From Podarcis cretensis (lineage: Eukaryota): DNA of 64,000 nt. Below the pieces are notes generated by a model. That model was not told the origin of the DNA, made no database searches, and saw nothing but the letters and a program-made list of their open reading frames with translations. This document shows, piece after piece, positions 40,145 to 51,785 of the stretch. The DNA is taken from contig OX638155.1 of assembly GCA_951804945.1 (NCBI GenBank), forward strand, positions 43,586,001 to 43,650,000, in the 5' to 3' direction. Both the position numbers and the translations under genes were made by a program. Within the stretch, counting starts at the first letter, position 1; each line of letters begins with the position of its first letter.

Positions 40145-41571
40145 TGAGCACTTGATAGCAGCAGATGCTGATGAACAACAGGCCAGAACCAGAATCTATT
40201 ACACAGGAACATAAATGAGCTCCAGCAACTCCTGTATAACTGGTGAATATGGGACTCTGGTTTGAAATTGTGGCATAACTAGTCAGAACAAAAGAATGTT
40301 AATATGCTGAATGCTGTCGGTCTTTGCCATCTAAGTCATCAGGAACTACATTGTGATAAATACCCTGAAACAAGGATAGAAAATGTATTGTTCTGAATCT
40401 TAGATATGTAGGATGCAGTTTGCTCAAGCCCTGCATGCTTACAATGATGATATCGCCCATCAGTACTAAATACAAATTGCACACCAAGCAAAGCATTTTT
40501 CCTCAATTTAAGAAAACAAGGGAAAATGTGGGTGAAAATAGAATTGCTGTTGCAGTGTATGAGTCCCATTAATTACCCAAATCAACTGCTGTCAAAACGT
40601 GTTGGGTTCCTCCACACACACACACACACATTTGGAGCCTTCTTGGCCTTCATTCAGTCTGTCAACCTACTAGCAATAGAGACACATGAATCCGTCAAAA
40701 CAGCTCAGAGAACTTCTGTATGGACCACTGGTTTTGCCACCGCCGCCCCCCCCCCCCCCGCTCAGCAGTCAGAAGGTTCCTGAGCCTAAAATAACTTGAT
40801 CAAGTATGCCAAGTGTAAGCATTAGAATAGACTTTTAAAATGCGTTCTATAATTTGTATATGATGGGAGCTTACCTATCACTTTAGAAACATTCAGCTTT
40901 CAATAACAGAGTGGGAGTGGCAAAGTAAGAGCACAATAATTCTATTAAGCTTTTGACTTGTCACAATCCCTGCCAACATGCTCTGCAAAGTAATATAATT
41001 ACATTTCATCCTATGGGCCAAAGTGTACTCCAACTAACTGCACAATCCAAACCAAATCTATTCAGAAGTCAGATTGAATTCCCAGGTAAGTGTGGTTAGC
41101 ATTTATTTCAGATTTCAATTCTTTGTACACAACCACCAACCCTTGAACAGAATCTTTCTTCTCTCATGGCACTCCTCAGTTACTATTTTTGATGTTATAG
41201 GCCAGGCAGCAACACAATGTGAAGAGGCCAGTATTTTCAGAATAATCATGAGGCAGAATATCAATGCCTAAAATGATGTTTATTTACCTGCTCACTGTTA
41301 ACATTACTTGATTAGATATTTATAGGGTCTGGCCTGGCAGTCCCCCCCCCCCACAGAGCTACAATTCCCAGCCTCCTTAACAAACAACAGCTCCCAGGAT
41401 TCTTTGGGGAAAGTCGTGTGCTTTAAATGTGCACTGGATGTGCTTTAAATGCAGGGTGTGGATTTAGGCTGTCATCCAGAATGCTAACAGCAAAATCTGC
41501 ATTGCCACAGCTCTTGGGATCACAGTAACATAACAAACTGCTCTACACTGATTCAGACCAGGGATCCATCT

Positions 41572-41815
41572 TGTTATGTATTGAAGTTCTCAGCCTGGCC
41601 ACCAGGGGTACTGTGTATATAGTTTTCACTCAGGTCCACGTCAGTTACTTTAGGCGGGAAACCCTGGGTTGTTGTTGCTACAATGTTGATAGCCGGCTGC
41701 CTATAAAAGCAGGCCGGCTGAGCTATTTGCTGCTCAGTGCTGTTCCAGCTTACAAATAAAGAGCTGCTTTGGAAGAATCGCTGTGTCGTCTGATATGTTC
41801 ACCCACAACTTAACA
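41572..41815 (+). repeat. 5' LTR
   Basis: TG...CA ends, TATAAAA and AATAAA; 5 differences from the 3' LTR. Confidence 0.95.
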
Positions 41816-41816
41816 C

Positions 41817-41834
41817 TGGCGACGAGGATGGGAT
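41817..41834 (+). other. Primer-binding site complementary to tRNA-Ser(GCT) 3' end
   Basis: TGGCGACGAGGATGGGAT is the reverse complement of ATCCCATCCTCGTCGCCA and lies 1 nt after the 5' LTR. Confidence 0.85.
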
Positions 41835-41995
41835 CGATGGACATCAGAGCACAGCCGACGCGGCCACCCTCTGAGATGAGCTGAATCACGGAGCTGAAAC
41901 ACTGAGCGAAATCATGAAGCAGAACCAATTCAGAGCTGACCGTTCTGGCTAGAGCACTGTGTTCCATCCATTGCCTCCATGTCGCCATCGGAACC

Positions 41996-42558
41996 ATGGC
42001 TTCACTTGTGCCTCTACTACCGTTTGCCCCAGCCTCTGAATCATGGGACTCCTACCTCGCTCAGTTCAACTGCTACCTCCAAGCAAATGAGCTGACAAGA
42101 GGGTCTGTAGAGCAGAAGCAGGGCCTCTTCCTCAGCCTTGTGTCCCTGAGGTGTTCGCAATGGCCCGAGCATTGGTTGCACCTTTAGCAGTCCAGGCAGC
42201 ACTGTAGGACATGATTCAAGAGAAGCTCCGCAACCACTACGCGCCAAAGCCGACCAAGATTGCTGCCCGCCATGTGTTCTACCACCGGAACCAGGCAGAG
42301 GGGGAGTCAATTAACAACTACACCGCCATCCTCTGACAAGCTGCAATGCACTGCGAGTTCCGAGACTTAGACGATGCCCTGATGGAGCAAATCGTCTGCG
42401 GAGTCTGGGACATCCGTCTGCAACGCCATCTCCTCGCCAAGCCAGACCTCACACTGCAGAAAGCCACTGAGGAGGCCATGGCCTCAGAAGCTGCTGAACT
42501 CTCCGCTCAGGAAATCCACAAGGCCAGTAGCCCGTATTTAAAAGACTATGTTCACTGG
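41996..42558 (+). pseudogene. gag: Decayed Mag-type gag (capsid region) fused to last codons of pol
   Basis: FAPASESWDSYLAQFNCYLQAN..., then LRNHYAPKPTKIAARHVFYHRNQAEGESINNY, CEF and IVCG..LQRHLLAKPDLTLQKA. One frameshift and two stops. Ends PYLKDYVH, resembling a pol C-terminus. Confidence 0.85.
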
Positions 42559-42697
42559 ACAAACTGCACGTGTAAAGCTGTATGGTGAATAGGGTCAGTT
42601 AATATGCTTATGTGCCTTACTGAAACCAATAAGGGTATTGCTGTATGTAATGGAACCACTATGATTGTAACTAATGCCTTATCTTGGTGGGGAGGGG

Positions 42698-42941
42698 TGT
42701 TATGTATTGAAGTTCTCAGCCTGGCCACCAGGGGTATTGTGTATATAGTTTTCACTCAGGTCCATGTCAGTTACTTTAGGCGGGAAACCCTGGGTTGTTG
42801 TTGCTACAATGTTGATAGCCGGCTGCCTATAAAAGCAGGCCGGCTGAGCTATTTGCTGTTCAGTGCTGTTCCAGCTTACAAATAAAGAGCTGCTTTGGAA
42901 GAATTGCTGTGTCGTCTGATATGTTCACCCACAATTTAACA
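42698..42941 (+). repeat. 3' LTR
   Basis: Direct repeat of 41572-41815, preceded by the purine tract GGTGGGGAGGGG (42686-42697). Confidence 0.95.
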
Positions 42942-43153
42942 CATCTCATCTCTACTGTTGACACAGACTGGCAGTAGTTCTCCAAGGTTTCAGGAAGGAG
43001 TCTTTCCTGAGTCAACCCAGAGATGCCATGGACTGAGCATGGAATCTGCCTTTGAAGAGTAAAACAAGTGCTGTAACTCAGGTCTATAACCCTTCTTCAT
43101 AAATATTGCAATGCTGCTTGCAGAAAAACTGAAGGGACAGAAAGAGGGAATTG

Positions 43154-43422
43154 TGTTGTTGTTTAGTCGTTTAGTCGTGTCCGACTCTTCGTGACCCCAT
43201 GGACCAGAGCACGCCAGGCACTCCTGTCTTCCACTGCTTCCCGCAGTTTGGTCAAACTCATGCTGGTAGCTTCGAGAACACTGTCCAACCATCTCGTCCT
43301 CTGCCATCCCCTTCTCCTTGTGCCCTCAATCTTTCCCAATATCAGGGTCTTTTCCAGGGAGTCTTCTCTTCTCATGAGGTGGCCAAAGTTTTGGAGCCTC
43401 AGCTTCATGATCTGTCCTTCCA
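43154..43422 (-). mobile_element. BovB LINE 3' fragment
   Basis: MKLRLQNFGHLMRREDSLEKTLILGKIEG; CAA tail. Confidence 0.93.
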
Positions 43423-46400
43423 TTTACATATTTTAAATTTGGCCAAGATGGGTTTTTTAAATAGCTAACAGTTATTAATCATTTAGTAAATAGAAGTAGG
43501 TCTACACTACACATATTACAAAGTACTCCTTGCTGCACAAACTGATCTCAGTTGTATATGCTCACTGCCCCTTGCGGCACAGCAAGTTACTTTTTAAATG
43601 AGATGCATCCGTTTCAGAGCTTTGCACCAATTTTCAGCTGTTTGTTATACCAATCCCAGAGAGAAGTATCACAAATCCATGATAATTTAGGCTATTACAT
43701 GTGCAGTATAAACATAGTGTAAGCAAGTAGGAGCGAGAAACAAAAACGTATAGAAAAATAAATCCTCTGCCGCAGGTATTGTGAGAAGCACGAAAATCAT
43801 ATTACGTTTGGGTGTGAGGAATCAACAGGAAGGAGAATGCACCACCTTGCCATGAGTTTTCCTTTAAAACAAAAATATGACTGTGTTGAGAGGGTTTTGT
43901 TCTTCCTGCTTATTAGAAGTAACCTATACTATGAGCAGAAAATCCACAACATGGGGTGGAGGTATATCCTGTCTGAGCTGGGAAGAAATGAATAAGAAAT
44001 ATGCATTGCCAAGCCATTTAAAATAAAACTTCTAGAGCCTCTTTAAATTGTTACATCTTGAGTAAAGAAAAGTGCTGAATTATGTAAAAGCAGGCAGGGA
44101 GCCAACATCTGGCAACAGTAAAATTGTTTTGGAGGCGAGCAGTTTCCATCCAGCATGGAAACCTGGGTCCACGCAGCACAGGATAACGGATCTATGAAGA
44201 TGTACAAGAGCTCTGGTTGCCAGAAGGATACCCTGGGCTTTGAGTGAAAATTTTTCTGTCATTTGATCTCCTAACACAGCCAGCTGAGATGAGTTATGCT
44301 TCCCCCCACCAGGAACCTCGAAAGAATTGTTCAAACCATACACTCATTCCTGCTGAATTGGAAACAAATGCCACAGCCGCACTGTTGGGCTTTGAAATCA
44401 AATTCACCCCAGCTCTTCCTAAACTTCTGTGAAGGAAACAAAGCTCTTTCCTGTGTGTGCCACTTTAGTCTCCATGGACAGGCCTCCTTTCTGCTGTGCC
44501 CCTCATCTCCTCCGCCACCACTAGCAGATTGCAATCTTTCATTCCAGAAGGCCACATCACAGACTTGCCCCATGTGTTAACTATACTCTGTTTGCCGCCA
44601 TTAGGTCATGCCATTGGGAATGGAGTCTCCTAATTAAGCCCAGAGTATGGGGAACAAGTAGACTCCTCAAGACTGCACTGATCATGCTGCTGCTTCTTAT
44701 TCTGCTGCTTCTCTCCCCTGCAGGAAAGTAAACCTGATTTACTAGCTGCAGTGTTCATGCCAGGGGACTCATACATTCATTGAGCTGCACCTAAGCATTG
44801 GGTACATGAACTATATATGTAGTAGCTATGGGTAATAGCAATGCACCCTCCTTTGAGAGCTTCACTGCTAGAAACCACTGGGTTTCCCAGTATCCATTAG
44901 GATGAATGCGGCATTGCCCCACCAGCCTCAGCCTTCCCCTGCCTGCCTGCCTTCTTACAGCCAGTCTATGGAGTGTGGTGGCTGGGAGTTTCCTCCTTCT
45001 TAGTCTCAGTGTTGTCCTTGTAGAACTCAGCAGGGAGGAGAAAATGCTAAAATTGGATTGCTTTCTCTGTCATTGGCTCTGGCTCCACCTGCTTTGGGTC
45101 TCCCCGCCTTCTTCCCCAGCAGTCCCCTTGGGCACTAAGCCATCAACAAACCACACCAGCACTTGGCAATAGGCTGGCTACAATAACCTTTTATGTGGTG
45201 GAACCCCAATTTTGGAACACGCTTCCCAAGGAGATAGGGTGCTACTATTACACTCTTTCCGCTTTCTGTTCTTATTTGTCCACCCATTTAGGTCCTTTTT
45301 AATCTAGCCTGCTTTTTGTTTACTCCACTCTGGAGTAAGGGATAAAGGATGGCTACGAAATATTTGAAACTCATAAAGCAATCTCTGTCCCAACAAGGGC
45401 CAGTATTACCATTAAGTAGGAGAAAAGGATCTCAGGGAGAGATGGTAAGTTGTTGGGGGGGGGCAGAGCTGTACATCCCACACACCCTGTCCTGCAACTC
45501 CTATGCTAGCCCGGTGCCCCGAAAGGCAGTGGAGGGGGCTGCCCTGTCAGCAGCACTGAAGTAAGATTCAACTGCCATTATGTCTGTGGAGTGGTGAGAC
45601 AGGCATCATCTTGTCTATCTCGGGTAGAACAATATCTTGCACCAGCCACAGTCCCAGCTAAGGGCTATCCCAAGAGTTTGCAAGCTTAAAGCAATAGAGA
45701 AGCAACCTTTGATTGTGTTGCATGTCAGCCCACTATCTGAGAGGTGCAAAATTCCAGGGGTTCCAGGCATTTACCCAGGGTTCAGGTTTCCTTCTGGAAA
45801 TGAGACACAGCCGAGACTGTGGTGTCTTTATGATAATAATGGTTTATATACCCAAATATACAGCCTGAGCCTATGATGGAGGGGTTCACAGCATTAACAC
45901 CCCAAAGGGGTCTTGTTTCTTCCATAGCCACAGACTTAGATTAAAGCAGAAATCAAACTTAGATTAAAGCATCTCAGATGTTAATCTGACTCTCTCCAGC
46001 TTGTTGCTTTACTTCTAGGTCACATCACTGCAACTCGACTATAAACTCTGGTTTCGTTCTTCTAACTAATGGTGTGCTAGGGCAGGGGCCATACCCATTT
46101 GCCATCTCACAGAGCCCATTTCCTTTGTTTTCCTTATTGACCCATCACCCAGGCCTCAACACCTCAACACCGTAAACTAGCTTGGCTTATAGTCGAGTAC
46201 TTGCTGGATCCAGGGGTTAGAAGAATCTCACATTCAGCCAACTTCCTCCCCCACTCTCCCCAAACCCCTCCTAACAATACACAGAGAGAGAGAGAGATAG
46301 AGGAGAGAGAAATTGTCTATTGTAACCAAAGTTCCAACCAAATTTGGCCCTATGGTTCCCGATGTAAAGGAGCTGGTTTTTGTCTATGTTTGGATACAAC

Positions 46401-47374
46401 TGGATGCAGTTGTGAATCAAGATGGTAGACTTAACCTTTCAAAGATTTTAACCACTGATTTCAAAACTGCACTGATATTTTTATTTATTAGAATTCTCAA
46501 GCAATGCCATGTACAAGGTTGCTTCTGTGTGTGCTGTGCAAAGCAGCAGTTGCATGATCTGTTGGGCATTATGGAACAATGGAAAGAAAGAACAATAAAA
46601 TTTCTGTAAGTGAGAATAGAGACATTGTTCCTAGCATGACCATAATACTCATGGTCTCCCATCAACCTAGAGCTGCAGGAGAACAAAGATCTTAGAGTAC
46701 CTCTTCTCAGAAATCAGTATGATGTCTGGCATTATTTACAATTTATTCCAGAGTTCATTTACAAAAAACACAGTTGGTTCCTGTTAAGTCAATAGTGGGA
46801 TAGCTTCACAGACATTTAAATGTAGAAGAATCCTTGCTGACATCTCTACATGAGTCCTTGACTTTCAGTGCCTTTTGGAAAGAAGAAATGGCCAGGAAAC
46901 ATTCAAATGTAGAATATCAAAGCTACTCTATTGTAGGTTAAACATCTGCTGAAAAACTGACTTTGTTATTTAACTTTTATGAAGAAAAACACCCAACGTT
47001 AGTGAATACATTTGTCAATAGGTCTTCTTTCCCAACTGTGCTCTAAATTGTTAGACAGAATTCCACAGTGAATAGGAAGACACACAGGGCTCAGTCTGTG
47101 CAACAACATAAGACTAACCACACAGGTTCTTTCAGAGTTAACAAGCACATAGAATTGCAGATGCTTATCTGAACCATATCCAAACTTTCCAAAGCCCTTA
47201 AGACTGGTAAATTGGGCATGAAATCTCATGAGGCTTTCAAGCAAGATTTCATGGACTTCCTGCTTGCAGCCAAAAGTACAACAATAATGAGAATGGGATA
47301 CATCAGCAATTTGTTTTAATGGTTCTTCTTTGCTTCAGAATGCATTATATTAGCCATATTCCTGTGCATGTAAT

Positions 47375-47680
47375 GCTGAGTCTGGCACAACTGCACTGGC
47401 TATCAGTTAGTTCCCAGGCTCAATTCAAAGTACTGTTTTTGACCTATAAAGCCTTATACAGCTCAGAACCCCAGCACCTCAGGAACCACCTCTCCCCACA
47501 TAAATTAACTTTGACCCTGCAGTCAGCATCTGAAGCCCTTTTGTGTGTGTTCCCTCCACAGGAGCTTTGGAGGGTGACAACATGAAAACAGGCTTTTTCA
47601 ATCATGCCCCTCCCTCTGTTTGTGGAATGTTCTCCCCAGGGAGATATGGTTGGTGCCCCTCTCATCTATCCTTGGGCAAG
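47375..47680 (+). mobile_element. L2 LINE 3' fragment
   Basis: LAQLHWLSVSSQAQFKVLFLTYKAL is the L2 ORF2 C-terminal motif. Confidence 0.8.
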
Positions 47681-47822
47681 ACTTTTATCACAATGGGGTC
47701 ATTCACGTCCGATTGGTCTGTGTCCTTGACACATTAACTTCTGCTCATTCCCAGTCATGGATATTCATTGTGATACCACTGTTTGGCAAATATGTCAGTG
47801 GATTTTGATAGAATGTGTCTAG

Positions 47823-48445
47823 AACATTAAAAAGGACTTTGATAAGCTTGCTGCTCCATACCCAGACTTAGCCATAATTTGGTCTCAGCTGTTGGAAAGG
47901 CGTTGCTGGCGTGCTTGTCCTGACCTGGTAGCTATTAACAGGTAGTGATACGGCACCCTGCCATCAGCTTTGACCAGGAGGTCTTGTTCTGTAGCAACAG
48001 GGTACACCTTTCCAATGCTGGCAATGATATCTGGTTGAATGGTATTACAGAGGGCATCAGGGATTGGTTGCAGGTGTGAGGGTGTTGGTGATGAGCCGTT
48101 TGGGCTCAAGTGGCGGTTAGGCACTGGGTAAAGCAATTGGGTGTGGATCCTGTCCAATGCCCAGACGTGGGATTGGGCCATGCCACGACCCCAGTGGGGA
48201 CTCCTTGGGGTGTCCCTATTTGATGTAAGTTATAGGGATCCCCTAGTGGTGGTTTACCCTTAGTTGGACTCCCTGCAGATGGCAGGAGTCGAGATAATAG
48301 CCTGGCTTCACCCAATGCCTAAGCCAAATCACTCACATCTGTAACCCATAAAGTTGTAGCCTATTTGATCCCATAAACCTAAATACTCGTGTCCGTGTGT
48401 TTATTAATCTCTAGGAAACTGCGAGTCATGGGGCCTTGGCACACA
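47823..48445 (+). mobile_element. Ngaro/DIRS-type retrotransposon 3' fragment with decayed SGNH hydrolase ORF
   Basis: NIKKDFDKLAAPYPDLAIIWSQLLERRCWR.., then a frameshift to VVIRHPAISFDQEVLFCSNRVHLSNAGNDIWLNGITEGIRDWLQV* (decayed DGVHL block), followed by a terminal region containing ATAAAGTTGTAGCC. Confidence 0.68.
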
Positions 48446-49043
48446 AGTCTGCTCACCTTTCTCAGTGGGCAGTGTTGCAGCTAGGCATCCGGGTCCCTGC
48501 TGTGATCTGGCTTAGGGGCAGGGGCATGACGCCCACTTGTGCCAACCCCAGCTGCGTCACCAGCACTGGGCAGAGCCATGCCAAGAATGGCTCTGCTGGC
48601 CAATCATTGCCGGATCTCCCAACCCACCTGCAGATATTCTACTGGCACTTGTGCAAGAGTTCCCAAAAAAGGAGCACTAATACAGTTCTCCTTTCCCACA
48701 TGGTTCTTTGGATCCAAGCCATTATCTTATCACTTGCAAATTGAATAATGATAACATCCAGACAACCATTATCACAAGCTTGACAAATTTGGCATTTATT
48801 TGACTGTCATATATAATTTTGATGCCTATTATTTTTCTAACGTTAACCCTGATGTCTTCCTTATGTAACTGAATTATTCTGTTTATTCCTATCGTCCTAT
48901 ACCATACATACCTAAGACAATGTTTGCTTCTTCATGCCTTCTACATTTCCCTTTCATTGTTTTTGCTGTTGCTCTCCTTGGTTTTGTTCCTACTTAAATA
49001 TGTAATTAAATTTTTTTTTAAGAAAGAAAGAAAAAAGATACTA

Positions 49044-49261
49044 CAGTGGTACCTCTGGTTACGTACTTAATTCGTTCCAGAGGTCCATTCTTAACCTGAA
49101 ACTGTTCTTAACCTGAAGCACCACTTTAGCTAATGGGGCCTCCAGCTGCCGCCATGGTGCGATTTCTGTTCTCATCCTGAAGCAAAGTTCTTAACCCGAG
49201 GTACTATTTCTGGGTTAGCGGAATCTGTAACCTGAAGCGTATGTAACCCGAGGTACCCCTG
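49044..49261 (-). mobile_element. Tc1/mariner MITE, family A (reverse orientation)
   Basis: Reverse complement of 18417-18652; TA flanks. Confidence 0.9.
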
Positions 49262-50958
49262 TATATTAAGGATAATATATTATGATAACCCCAGTGTTTG
49301 TAGTACATGAATAACCAGAATTTAGAAAGATACTTAAGTAATCTGGGAAGACCTCTCAGCAAACACACACATAACTGTATTATTCTCTGGAAATAAAATG
49401 GTAAATGAGCCCTTTTAAAAGCATTCATTTGGGATTATGTCCTTTGTGAGGAAGCTTGTTGGAATAATGCTGCCAATTGCTTATAATTTTATATCAAATC
49501 TTCCTCTGAAAAACAGCCATATGCATCTTTAGATTCGTCTATTCATGGTAAAATTTGTATATGGCTCTTCCTTCTTAAAAATTCATGAAGCAGAGAATGA
49601 AACGGAAGCATACCTACCATATCCATGCATCTTTAGCTTACACAACAAAATAACTATTGATTAAATTGCCTATATTAGGGTCTATATTATGCCCCCACAC
49701 CTAATCCAGGCTGGCCTGGACAATACCCAACTTGGATACACCGTCAAATCAATTCGAGTAAACACTGCATCCCTCTCTGAATCTGGTGCACAGCCCTAAT
49801 ATATATGCCATGTCTAATAAATGAAATGTGGGTGTTTACCTTCTGAATTAGTTCAAATACATATAATTCTAATGGTCTAAACTGAACTGTGCCACTGAGA
49901 GAAATTAATTTAATAGTAAAACATCATCATCCAGTCTGAAAAACAAAAGGGAAATGCAGGCTCCTACAATTCAACTTATTTATTCGTTTAGCATTTTTAT
50001 TTATTTTACTTTTCTGCCAGAAGGAGGCCTTCAAAGTAGCTTACAGACATGAAACCACAATAAAACAGACTTCCGGGTTAGCACCTCCGGCAATGGCGGA
50101 ATTCCTCTGATCGGGAGGAATTTGCTCCGTGGAATTCAGGGTCTGGCCGCCACGGCGAAGGCGGAGACCCATTAAAAATCGCAGGCGGGAGAAGCCTGTG
50201 AACGTGTGATTCGGCCGGCACCTTTTGTGCCTCCCCTACTCGCGGGGAGACCCGGTTTCGGGGATCCAGAGTGGTGTGGGGTGAGCGGCGCAGTGCTTCG
50301 AATTGACTGCTTCTTTCACGGAGTGAAGCTGCATTGCTGTTGCCGGAGAGCGCTGACTTTTTCCTGTGGACAATTTGATTCTAAACAACTACCCATGAGT
50401 AGAACGGAAAATTGGATTTTTAAACGTCTTAATTTGGCACCGAAACGGGGAGGTTTCAAACAGGAAGTCCGTCTTCCCCTTTTGTAAATAGATTGAAGCA
50501 AAGAATTTGCAAGCTAAAGTCCTGGAAAGTCCTATGTAAAGGATTAAACTTCCATCGGCTAAAATCATTAACCCCCCCCCCTTGGAGGCAGGAGAAGAGG
50601 GGGGAATTTTTGGATCGTGTAAGCCTGCAGGAGAGAGTGAAGAAAGTTGGATTACCACCGCTCTGAACCTGGAAACGGACTGCTAGTAAGACTGACGTTT
50701 TTGGGAAAGTTCATTGACTGTGACAGTTAGTTAAATAAGAGAAATACATTGTTTCCATTGTCTCCTTCTGCGCTTAAAAAGGAGTAAAAGTAGTTGAAAA
50801 TTGAAACTAATCTTACTGCATGAACTGTGCTTAAAAGGATTGATACAAACAGAAATTGTTTCCTCTAGAGGGAGCCTTTGAAATTGTTATAAGAGTTGGG
50901 CTGGTGGAATCTCCAGCTGCAAGAAAAAACCGTGAGATTGACCTTGGATCGCTTGAGA

Positions 50959-51660
50959 ATGTCGACAGAAGAAGCCTTAGTGATTGCATTAGGCAAGATA
51001 AGTGAGTCATTGGAACAGCTCCACAAGAAGACGGATGTGATGAATATTAAAATTGATATTTTGGGACAAAAAGCGACTAATTTGGGACAAAAAGTGAACA
51101 TCTACACAGAAACTATTCAGGAACTGATACAGGAATCTACTTTGACATGCCAAATGGTGGAGAAAGCGAGGGAGAAAGTTGTGGTTGTTGAACCTAAAGT
51201 AATACAAATGGAGAGGGAGAGAGCCCCAGCCTTACAGAGGCAATTTGATGACTACAAGTTGTTGCCCTCTATGATTGAATTCAGAGAAAGTCAGATTGGA
51301 ACCCTGCTTGGACTGGAGAAGGAAAGTTGGATAGATCATCTCATGCAGGGATTTATTGACCTTTGGGATCTGGACTTGGGTCAGGAGGAAATTGGAGTTG
51401 TGGGGACCTTCAGATTTGAAGGGGTTTTGAAACACGTCCTGAAATATCTTTTAGATTTTAGTTTTAATCACGGAGATGTGGATGACATGTCGAGAAGGAA
51501 TAAAAACATTGCTAGGTTGGAGCTCCCCCGAGACCTACTCTTCAGCATCAAAGGAAGGAAATTAACAACAAGATTAGCAGAAGACAAAGTATACGAAGAA
51601 GACTTGCAGAAGGGACCTGGAAAAGAGTTAAGAGCCTCGGATAGAAGATCACCAGGTTGA
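50959..51660 (+). CDS. L1 ORF1p-like coiled-coil protein, 233 aa from first ATG (ORF track starts at TTG 50896)
   Basis: Uninterrupted ORF inside the TSD-bounded element, in the ORF1 position. Heptad-patterned N-terminal half (ALGKISESLEQLHKKTDVMNIKIDILGQKATNLGQKVNIYTETIQEL). The C-terminal half only loosely resembles the ORF1p RRM/CTD. Confidence 0.7.
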   Translation: MSTEEALVIALGKISESLEQLHKKTDVMNIKIDILGQKATNLGQKVNIYTETIQELIQESTLTCQMVEKAREKVVVVEPKVIQMERERAPALQRQFDDYKLLPSMIEFRESQIGTLLGLEKESWIDHLMQGFIDLWDLDLGQEEIGVVGTFRFEGVLKHVLKYLLDFSFNHGDVDDMSRRNKNIARLELPRDLLFSIKGRKLTTRLAEDKVYEEDLQKGPGKELRASDRRSPG

Positions 51661-51785
51661 TGGACTATATGGATTTGACGGAAATGACTGGCAGAATCCG
51701 AGAACAGGGAGAAGAGACGGTGGAAGAAGATTGGAAAAAGTTTAAAGTTTATTTATAGAAATACGGTAAAATTAATGAGTGTTAG
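51660..51785 (+). pseudogene. Remnant of last 41 codons of L1 ORF2
   Basis: MDYMDLTEMTGRIREQGEETVEEDWKKFKVYL*KYGKINEC* versus L1 IDFMGLAEMTGRIRDQEKEMVEEDWKKFKVYLKNCYKIEEC*; 28/41 identical by hand count. Confidence 0.92.

Larger units (their letters stand above)
41572..42941 (+). mobile_element. Internally deleted Ty3/gypsy (Mag-like) LTR retrotransposon, gag-only
   Basis: Two 244-bp LTRs (TGTTA...TAACA), 5-bp TSD CATCT (41567-41571, 42942-42946), PBS, PPT, decayed gag, no pol. Confidence 0.95.

Noticed and set aside
45723-46232. Possible minus-strand solo LTR
   Set aside because: I could not fix termini or a TSD by eye.
50959-51660. ORF as a host retrogene or domesticated L1TD1-like gene
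   Set aside because: It sits in a TSD-flanked unit with an L1-type 5' end and an L1 ORF2/3' UTR tail, so a mobile element is the simpler reading. Orthology would need checking.
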